Part shown: in pieces, positions 54,425 through 64,000 of the stretch | How the letters are laid out: every line of letters starts with the position of its first letter | How positions within the stretch are numbered: the stretch's first letter is position 1 | Source: Kudoa neothunni | Taxonomy: Eukaryota; Animalia; Cnidaria | Assembly (NCBI GenBank): GCA_964304625.1 | Contig: OZ199839.1 | Span: 5,040,837-5,104,836, forward strand | Length of the DNA stretch: 64,000 bases | Direction: 5' to 3' | Made by a program: the position numbers and the translations under genes | The notes under the pieces: generated by a model | The model's database searches: none | What the model was told of the DNA's origin: nothing | The model's input: only the letters and a program-made list of their open reading frames with translations

Positions 54425-55669
54425 ATGTCCTCAAATATGGTAGAATCAGCGCCGAGTTTGACATTTGCAGATCATTTTCAAGAAAATGTAAAGTATCAGC
54501 TTGATTCATGGATAAAAACAGCCAATTTTGATCAATGGCTTCATGTGATTGTGGATGATTTTGATTTTGGTGAAGAAAAAAAATTGATGAGTGCAATTCA
54601 TGGATTCTTTCTTCAAAATCTTGCTAAAAGTGACATCAAGATTCCAAAATTGGCTCATATATCTAAATTTATCGATGTTGGTGGTGAATCCGAAGAAAAA
54701 ATTGGATTAAAATGTATGAAATGTGAAAAATGTTTTGACGAACATGCGACACAATCCCAACTTGATAAAGAATTGATCAAGAAATTCGTCAGTTTTGTCA
54801 GCTATAAAATGGTTGAATCAACGTTAAATCAAGATTACTCAATAGTTGATCCCACTAACATGGATGCAACTCAGCTGAAAAAAGTTCAGTTGTATCATTT
54901 GTTAGTGAAATGGTTTCTTTATCAAGGGATGACTTTATATCAATGTGAAGTAGATTTTCTGAAGTTGGTTTTCAAGTCGGACACTTTTATGAATCATCTC
55001 TTCGTTGTTAGTGATCTGTTGGCAGATATTATCTATAAAAATAGATTTATACCAGATTCTATTTTAATGCAGATATTGTTCAAATCAATGGATGGGGAAT
55101 GTACTTTTGGAATAAATCAAATGAGGAAAATTCAATTTTTAATTCTCATTTACGAGATAGATGAAGAAAGTGGGCCACTACTTAACACCTATCACTCATC
55201 CACATCTCACACGTTAAATGACCAGCAATTCACGTCGTCAATCATCGACATGTTGAACAACATATACGATAATTTTGAATTATATTACAAACGCTTTGTT
55301 GGCACAAAATATGAAGGCCTTGTTTGTGAGGATATAGCCGTGCCATCGCCCATCAATGTGTGTTCACACGTGAGAGCAAATAAGGAGGATTTTGGAAAAT
55401 TAAAGTCCAACTTTTTTCGATGGTGCTCTTTGTTGATTGGACTCATATTTCAGAAAGGGGACTCTAGTAAAATATGTGAGGGAGAGATTGATCGCCTTTC
55501 AAAGTGTGTATCGGATGAAATTGTGTACTGTGAAAATATGAAGACAATTATTCCTTTTTTGAGTAAGATTCGTCAGCAGACATCTTGCTCTTCGGCCGCA
55601 TCCAAACTCAAACGTCCTGCCAAAGTTTATCTCAATCTACCATACACTGTAACATATGAAGATTTTTAG
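54425..55669 (+). CDS. Intronless hypothetical protein of about 414 aa
   Basis: Long uninterrupted ORF in very AT-rich DNA; contains CMKCEKC; no family recognised; start at the first ATG (54425) or upstream. Confidence 0.65.
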   Translation: MSSNMVESAPSLTFADHFQENVKYQLDSWIKTANFDQWLHVIVDDFDFGEEKKLMSAIHGFFLQNLAKSDIKIPKLAHISKFIDVGGESEEKIGLKCMKCEKCFDEHATQSQLDKELIKKFVSFVSYKMVESTLNQDYSIVDPTNMDATQLKKVQLYHLLVKWFLYQGMTLYQCEVDFLKLVFKSDTFMNHLFVVSDLLADIIYKNRFIPDSILMQILFKSMDGECTFGINQMRKIQFLILIYEIDEESGPLLNTYHSSTSHTLNDQQFTSSIIDMLNNIYDNFELYYKRFVGTKYEGLVCEDIAVPSPINVCSHVRANKEDFGKLKSNFFRWCSLLIGLIFQKGDSSKICEGEIDRLSKCVSDEIVYCENMKTIIPFLSKIRQQTSCSSAASKLKRPAKVYLNLPYTVTYEDF

Positions 55670-55899
55670 TTAGTATACATTGTATAATATTTTGCTTGAT
55701 CTCAATTTATACAGTCGATTAAAAGCATTAAATGATTTATTGGTCGCAAATTACTGTTATATTATTTAATAAGATATGTAACGTGATTTAGAACACTGTA
55801 TTTAATCTTTTTGCGACATGTTAAGAATTTTGATTGATTAAGAACAAATATTTAGCACTTTCTACAGATTATGGAATTAATCCTTGTATCGTAGCAAAT

Positions 55900-57050
55900 A
55901 ACCAACTGTCTAATAGTTGAACAAACATTGCAATATTAATTTTTGAAAGATTATTTATTCCACATGTGGCATGGCATGTGTGCTTGCATTCCCACCATCT
56001 CGTTGTTAATATTAGTGCGCGTTTACGACTCTTGTAAAATATCTAAAATTAAGGAAATATTTAAACGTTTTTGCTCTAGATAATTGAGACATCAAGCGCA
56101 TGGCCATTAGAGATCGCCATTTGATGTATAACCCCCAATTCATAAGCTCATCGAAATATCGATTAGACTAAGTACAAAATACAAAAAAATAATCGGTTAT
56201 CATGATAATTTTCTGCAGATAATATTTTTAAAAATTTTGTAGGAAAATAAATCTTCGGTTCATGGCTAATACCATTTCGTTAACGATCGGTTATTGTAGA
56301 AACAAAAGGGTGGGAATATCCATGACCAAGTACTGATATTAGTGATTGATAAAAGAGATAAGTTTCTTAAAAAATCTAGTGAATGAAAGTTCTAATGAAG
56401 TATTAATTGTGAGGCTGTGATATAATGGGTTTGTCATTAAAAGATCAAACATTTACCTTCTCAACAAAGTGTAAGTGCCATTCAAGTGCCAGTGGAACGT
56501 TTTCACTATGGCGGTGTTGTGATGAAGAAAAATTCAACTATATTGGTAACAATAATCAAATCTTTTGATGATTGTGACACATGCTTAGTTTCGAAATGGT
56601 TATGTGTTTTTCCAACTGGAATATTCCGGTTTCGGTAGAAGTATTTATAAGAATTTTTGTTGATATGATTGATATGGTTAAATTTAGCTCGCTCGAAGAC
56701 GCAAACTATCAGTGTGCGTCTACCCTACTCCAATATAATTGATATGGGAGTATGGTGGTGTAGTGAAATTAGTTTTTTATTTTTCTGCAGAGTTTTATAA
56801 TGCATAAGTGTGTGGTTTTGGTTTTTGGGTTATCGGAGGAATATGTTAAAAGTTTGAGTCTACAACAACACAACCTGGCATTTCCAGATAACTCACGTAT
56901 TTTTTCCACACTCTTTTTAAATTAAGTGGATTTGACCGACTCAATCATAGTCAAAAACAATTTTAAACACAATATGAAAATGTTTATGTCGGGACAAACT
57001 GAAAGTGATCCAACCGCTAATAGCGAGTATAAATGAATTGGTATGGTGAC
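55900..57050 (-). pseudogene. MULE transposase remnant
   Basis: KTFHWHLNGTYTL (compare the MULE motif WH.DGTY) near 56465-56505 and MAISNG near 56100; many stops. Confidence 0.45.
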
Positions 57051-59653
57051 AAATTTAAACGGCTTAGACCACACTGCTAAATTTTTTATTGTTTTTATTT
57101 AAAATATTATTTTTTAAGGTTGGTTTGAATAAAGGTACGAACGCTCCTCATAAAAAGATGAGGTAAGTTGTAGTAAGATTTTTCTCACAGATGGATTATA
57201 TGCATATTTGCTTTTTGTGGTTCACCAAAATTAGATCATGTGGTTGTTAGTTGCGTTATTCTCCCCTTCATCGTATTACTACAAGTTCAATAATATATTT
57301 TGATATTATAAATATTAGTCAACAGTTGGAATTTATCGTTAAATTTATTTTAATATTAGTAGTAATCAAATTTATTTTTCCTCATTAGATCAAGTGCAGG
57401 CTCGCGAAATCGGTTAACCACCCAACTTTAATTCTATAATTAATGGGGGAAAATATCTTAAATTCCAGTGGTTTTTTCCTCGTACGTGCTAAATTTTTGT
57501 GTTTTCATATCCTAAATTATAATAAATCCTAATTTATTGTTTGTTTGATTTGTGCCAAACAAACTCGAACGTTTAAAATTGCAGTTTTTGGGTCTTTAAA
57601 TTGTAACTAAAAATGATTTTAAATTATTTAAAATATAATGGAAAAGTTTTAGAAATTAGGAAATATGTAAATAAATATTTTATAACTAAAATAACTCTCG
57701 TTTGTCGATTTTTACCATTGATATTATGTTGTGAATAAGTTATAAGAGTTAAATAAATAAATAAATAATAATGACTATTTAACTCATATGTGTAATATAT
57801 GTGAAGGAATCATTAATGGAAAAATTTTTTGTTGCAATAATACGCTGAGAAACTATAAAATCTGTCCTCTTTTCACAACAGAAGATCAAAATCTGAGATT
57901 AAATTATTTTTGTCGTAACTTTCGGCGGATGTAATTGTTGAAATCAGTACAGTAGTTGAATTTATAATAGGTTTAACTAAGTAATCGACAAATTTATTCA
58001 TGCAATTTTAGAAAATTAAAATGAGCTAGATGAACTTAAATAGATCATGTTTCTAAGCGGAATTAAGGACGTGTCATCCAGTATTTTTTTCGATTTTCCG
58101 TAGATAATATACGATCTGTCGAGTCGACATAGTGTTTGGTCTTGTATAATTATTGAAAACTTGAGGTTTTTCTCTGATATTCACATAAATTCGGAATGTT
58201 TTGGGGTGTAATTAATAAAATTACTTTTTATTATTCTTGGAACGTGTGACACTGTCATAGGATTTCCATGAAAATGAAAAACAAAATAAATATCTTTGTT
58301 TTACTGATTCCAGAATTTAGGAAATTCTTATTTTTCCATTCTGAAGAGTTAAATAAAATAATTAAAGAGTTATTTCATGATGGTACATTCTTGGAAGTAT
58401 TATCACACTTATTATTACTTCCTTATCCTCAAAGATAAGATAAAAGTTCTAAAACGACTTATTCTCCTAAAAATCCGGGTATTAAATTAATATTGTATAA
58501 TTATTCAGGCGAATTATATTTATGGCGGATGTGAGGGTCTGTTAACAGTAAAAATTTGATACCAAAAATTTCAAGTTTGGATGGCACACACTGTATAGAA
58601 ATATCTGTGCCTGAATGAAATTAACTTGTCGTCAAAAGTTTAATTCGAAGAAGGGCTAAATTTGGTGGCAGAGTACGTTTTACATCCGTTAAGAACCTCA
58701 CTTGTAAGGCAAAACGTATTGTCTCGATTGTGAAGGCTTCTAGTTTTTTGGGTTATCAAGTTAAACTCTTTGTTTATTTTAGTGAATATATTTAGTGACA
58801 TATTTTTCAGAAATATTTCCTTTCTGTATGACAACTTCGTAATTACGTAAGGATTCCATTTTAGTTTTAATGAGAAACATTTTTCTTAAATTTTATAAAA
58901 TTTAATTTGTTCAATTTCCGTAATAAAAAGTCGATAGAAAATAAATAGAAAATCCTTAAAATTTCAAAATTAATTACATTTGCATTATTTATACCCGGAG
59001 GTTTATTTATGATGTTTTCTATTTTTGGTTTATTGTTTGAAGGGTACAGATAACGAGAAACAATCGTTCTCAGTCCTATAAATGTTATTAGCTTAACTCA
59101 TTCTGGAGTTGCTGATTGATTTTTTTAAAAAACTTGCATATATGTCAAAAAAATTTTATTTTTTTGTACGAAATGACGCTTTGTATGATTTGTATTCAGC
59201 GGGAAAACCTAAATATTCTTTAAAGCTGAAAGAACAATGAAAAATTGTATCGGATTATTAATAATCGTTAAACTGTCGCATTTAGATAAAAATAAATATT
59301 TATTGATTTTAGCTTCGATTTAGCTGTAATTACTTATTAAAACCCAGAAATTTTGGTATTTACTATGACATTAATTTAAAACCTTGAATTTTCTCGATAA
59401 TTATCTGAATTAATTTATCAAATATAAAATTCTTGTTAGTTTTAAGCCGAGTTATCATTATTTAGAGGGCTTTAAAAAAACGACGAGTTTTAATTTACTT
59501 ATAGTTTTCAATGTGATTTTATTTTTTATGAATTTATTTCATTTTTGTAAAAAAATTGTCTACTTAAATTATTATTATTACATTATTTTTAATTTCACTT
59601 ATGTTCCAAAGGATTGTGTTGATCGTACTTATTTATTATTATTATTATTATAA

Positions 59654-61519
59654 CTAGCGCTGATGCCCAGTTTTGCCCGGCACTATGTGATAGTAAATTT
59701 TTTACTTTTAGTTTTATTTTGGAATGGAGAAATTCTACGATTATATTAATTTAATTTGCACTTTAAACACTGTAAATTTTATTTTTCTATTTTAATTGAT
59801 ACATTTTAAAGTTTGTCGTTATGTATGCAATGTGATGATTTAGTTAAACAAAATTATGCGCACACTTTACCATCAAATATAAATAAAGGTATTGAGAGAA
59901 ATTTATGAGTATTTTTATGTTTATATTTATAAATTATTGACCAAAAATATAATGATCTCAATTTTATGAGCAATTTAATTAATGATTAAAGTTCATTTAT
60001 TTATTAAACAAAATCAATAAGTAACTTAACTAGGACTTTCAGTTCTTTTAAAAATTTTTCGATATAAATTAATGGTACTAGTTATAAAATTTAATATTAG
60101 TCTACAAACGATAAAAAAACAAAGTCAACCTAAGGTGCGTCAGCAATAAAAATATTAATTGTTACTCCTTTTTTGCAGTTTTATAAAGGATATTAATGAG
60201 GTATTAATAAGCTGTGCGGTAACTTACATTTTCACTATTTTAACATAATTTCCCCATTTTTAAATAAATGAAAGCTTTATTTTTTAACGATAATATATAA
60301 ATTTAATTATCAAATATGATTAAATCTAAAATGTAAAGATGTTTTTGTTTGCAAAATTATAGTAATGCTTAAATATCAACTGGTATTATCGAAGGAGTGC
60401 ACCCTTTTAAAAATAAACGTACTGTTTGATTGCCCTACAAAAATTTCTTTGTATTGAACTCTTCTTAGGTTAACGAAAACTTTGTGAAAATATCGGTTAG
60501 ATCGAATAGACCAATAATTTCTTATTAACTTACATGACACGTATTGAGAGTGGACTGTATTTTTTGCAAAAGTAATCGTGAATATAAATTCTTAAACTAC
60601 ATATAGAATGCGGTTTCGCATATTTTCATGAAGCTTTTATATCATAATGAATTAGTTTTTGCGACAAGAAAATTATATATTGATTCGAATATTAATTTTA
60701 AGGTCTGGAGGTAGGGAATAATTAGGTTACTAAGAACTTAAACATTATTTAGAAAATTATCTCATAACATATAGAAACTTATCGAATTAGTTATACCAGC
60801 TGTTTTGCAAGAAAGTTTAGGAAAACCAAAAATTGAGTAAATACTTATTGAAAGACGAATATAGTTTCAATCTCAATCGATATACTTGATAAAAAGAAAT
60901 TTTCATTTAAGAAACTGTCACAAAAATTTAATTATTTGAAACTCTACACACATCCTACATCGTTTTTAGAATGCGTATAGAGACCAAAATTATTCCAACA
61001 GAGAAACAATTTTAATCTCGAATTATGTGTTTTACTTAAAATGATCATTATCTTTTTCACTTAACTATATCCATAACGCTTGAAAAATGAAAATACATCC
61101 TAAATAATTTATGTTTTAAATTTTAAGGGAAATGCAACATCTCTTGTAAATATGACTCTAGTGGCATTATCTGTCTTAAAATTGCTCCAAACAGGCATAT
61201 ATAACATTTTTAAAACATTATACACCATAATCAGCAGATTCTCTTTGTATGTGGTGAGTGAAAGTTCATTCTAATTGAGTATCACTCTGAAATAAACAAA
61301 CATCGATACTATGCGGGTACTTTTTCATCTGTTAATTGACGTAGACAACCAGAAAATTCCTTACTTATAAGTAAATGAACGATTTTTATTAATGGTACCA
61401 TCTATTCCAATTTAAACTAAAAGCCGTATTTATGTAAAGGTTTCTCCATGTTGCATGCGTACTCCTACAAATACACACACACTGACAGACAGACATAAGG
61501 ACTTTACAATATAGATAGA
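59654..61519 (-). mobile_element. Non-autonomous Helitron of about 1.9 kb
   Basis: On the minus strand: 5' A|TCTATCTATATTGTAAAG...GTCTGTCTGTCAGTGTGTGTG and 3' GCCGGGCAAAACTGGGC hairpin plus CTAG|T. Confidence 0.72.
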
Positions 61520-61764
61520 TTTCATTGATATTCCAAAGGACTGTGTTCATTGTAATTATTTATTATATTTACTCTATTGATTGCTGAAAAGTGAATTAAT
61601 AAAAAAATGTTAAAAATCCAAAAAGTACGCTCGCATTTTTCTAATTGATAAATCTAATAATAATAATAATAAAGTCATTACAGACTATTAGTCCTTACAC
61701 ATACATTCAAATTAACTGCGCTTACGCAAACATAACCTCGATCTCCACAATTTCCATAATGTAT

Positions 61765-63172
61765 AATGGGATGGTCTAAAAGCTCATTTTTATTGTATGC
61801 TCGATTTAATCAATCGCAGAGGCAAAAATATACAAGTGTGATTAAAATTTTCGCTCCAATAATTAAAACTACCAATTAATGAAACTCAAAGTCATTATCT
61901 AATAAAAGGTGATATATAGCAATTTTACTAATTTCATCTGTGAGAACCATCATACTTTTAATATAATAAGATTAAATTTATTCTAGTTCTGCAGAGGTAT
62001 TGGTTGCTAATCGAAATGAAATTCTCCATCTAAACGCTAGTAAATTAGTTTATATCACATTTGTCAACAATATAAAATAATTATCTAAAAATGTAGGATT
62101 AGCTCCTACAATGAACATAAAAGAAGAAAGGTAACAACAATGAAAAGTTCAGTTTCACAAAATTTCATCATATTTTAAGCGTACTCAATTATAATTACGA
62201 TGGAAATTATTCTATATCGATTCGAATGGAAGATCTATTACTTTTGAAACATCACACCTATTTGAATGACACAATTATTGATTTCTACCTAAATATATTG
62301 GTGAATCGTTAAGAAATAGCGGCAAGATAGATTATTCATTTCATATATTTAACACGTTTTTTTATACTAAATTATGTTCAAAGTACTTTTTCTAATTTGT
62401 GTTATTCATATTTTCATTTAATTCAAACGAACAGAAATGGCCTCGAAGGTATTAGGTCATGGGTGAAAAATATAAACATTTTCAAGCACCGAGTTGTTAT
62501 CATTCCCATCAATCAGCATCAACATTGGTCGGTGTGCATATTGTTAGCAATGGACCTTATCAACAGCCCACCCAATGGAACTGATAGTGTTGATAATGAT
62601 ACGAAGTAGATATATTTTTTTAAACATTCACACTCAGTTCTACTCTCAGGCCGAATCTATACATATTGGATTCGCTCACATATGTAAGACGTAATTGTAA
62701 GCGTTACACTCGAATTCCTACCCCCCGAGTAATTTTTCTCCCAATCTACTATAAATTTATTTAAGCAATATCTTGTTAGATTTATCAAGTCCGAATATCG
62801 TAGATGGTTTGACAGTGAGATTCCCACCAAAGATATCACACTTTCATCCCCAACCGTATATATATATTTACATTGATTGATTAAAATTTATGTAAAGGTT
62901 CCAAGGACAATCCAACTTATCCGATTGTGGAATCTATTTGTTGGAATACGTGAGATGTTACTTGGATGTAAGCGAGAATAGAATAATAACTTGTGTATCA
63001 AAACAATTGCTGAATTTTTATTTAGTGTATTAGAAATGGCATTCCTGTTTGTTTTCCAAAGTTGATCTCCCAGGATACTATATCCAATAAACGTAGTGAA
63101 ATATTCGATGTTATTGTAAATATGGCACTCGAAAGTCGGCTTTCTAATGGTGATGACGACTATTCGGATTGA
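61765..63172 (+). CDS. SUMO/sentrin-specific protease (Ulp1/C48, SENP6/7-like), catalytic domain only
   Basis: YLNDTIIDFYL, FHIFNTFFYTKL, IRSWVKNINIF, IIPINQHQHWS (His), YILDSL (Asp), VPRQSNLSDCGIYLLEY (Gln/Cys); frame breaks near 62292 and 62905; start uncertain. Confidence 0.85.
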
Positions 63173-64000
63173 TTATATTTTATAAGTTGTTTGTCTGTTA
63201 TTTTCACGCGCAAACCCCTAATTATTAGCCTTAAAAAAGCCGAGTGTGATTTATTTTATCGGAAAACTTCTCACAACTCTCAAAGGATTTATGTCTACTA
63301 CGATAATTATCAACATTCCATCAAGAATATTATTTTTCACTTAAAATATTACTAATTCCAACCCCCTACAAAATTAAAATTATATTCGTAACTAAATTAT
63401 AAAATATACTAAAAATTACCAAATTTCTCTCAAAACATTAATCCTTTGTTGTGATAGTTATCACAAAAGATGATAACTATCACGAGATATCAAGTGTTAA
63501 TATTCGTAAGCATTTTAGCAGGTTATTAATCTTAAACTGTTTTTTATAAACTCTGATGGGATAAACAACAAATTATCCCCCAAGACTTACCTCGATTAAT
63601 TGATATTATTGGATTCCTTTGGTTGATCGGCCATTTTTACATTTGATAAAATAATTTTACGAGGATTTTGAGCACGAAATCAAAATCCGACAAAATTTTC
63701 AAAAAGATTTTATAAAGTGCGCGAGTCGCTTTACTGCCAGTTAACGATGTCAACAGCAGACTTGTATCTTGAATTGGTAATTGAAATATTGTGGTCATGA
63801 TATTGTTAAAATTTATTTGGGCACCAATTTATGCACATTTGTTGTATATACATAGGGAGAATCAAACCGCCAACTCACGCCTTCACAACCCGTCGGATTT
63901 GACCATTTACCCAATCAATTAGTTGATTATGAAATTAAAAAAGGCTTCTCATTTAATATAATATGCATAGGTATATAGATTGTTGTTGATTCCTCTGAAA

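Noticed and set aside
1-64000. Alternative genetic code, CRISPR arrays or rRNA/tRNA genes
   Set aside because: In-frame stops resolve as introns or single-base frame breaks; TAA and TGA end well-supported genes normally; no repeat-spacer array or structural RNA was seen.

Overview
AT-rich eukaryotic nuclear DNA with compact genes and many short (about 35-65 nt) GT-AG introns. The gene set is animal-like but very divergent, so a reduced parasitic metazoan such as a myxozoan is my best guess (inference, not proven). Recognisable spliced genes: DMXL/Rabconnectin-3alpha, an SLC38A11-like amino acid transporter, mitochondrial RNA polymerase POLRMT, MMADHC, BAP18, FARSA, a MIEAP/SPATA18-like gene, SF3A3, RPF1 and a SENP6/7-like SUMO protease, plus three hypothetical genes. 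Intergenic DNA and one long intron are packed with DNA transposon relics: Merlin (IS1595/ISXO2-like), hAT elements with exact 8-bp TSDs, a pogo/Tigger MITE, MULE remnants and Helitrons. Main points of interest: (1) the POLRMT catalytic domain reads open but has lost near-invariant O-helix residues (T7 R627/Y639/G640 and H784 equivalents); (2) about 9 single-base frameshifts occur in conserved genes, most likely homopolymer assembly errors; (3) shared CpG-rich motifs lie 4-30 nt upstream of start codons; (4) a Helitron is flanked by a 46-bp direct duplication. Exon boundaries and alignments were done by eye from remembered orthologue sequences.
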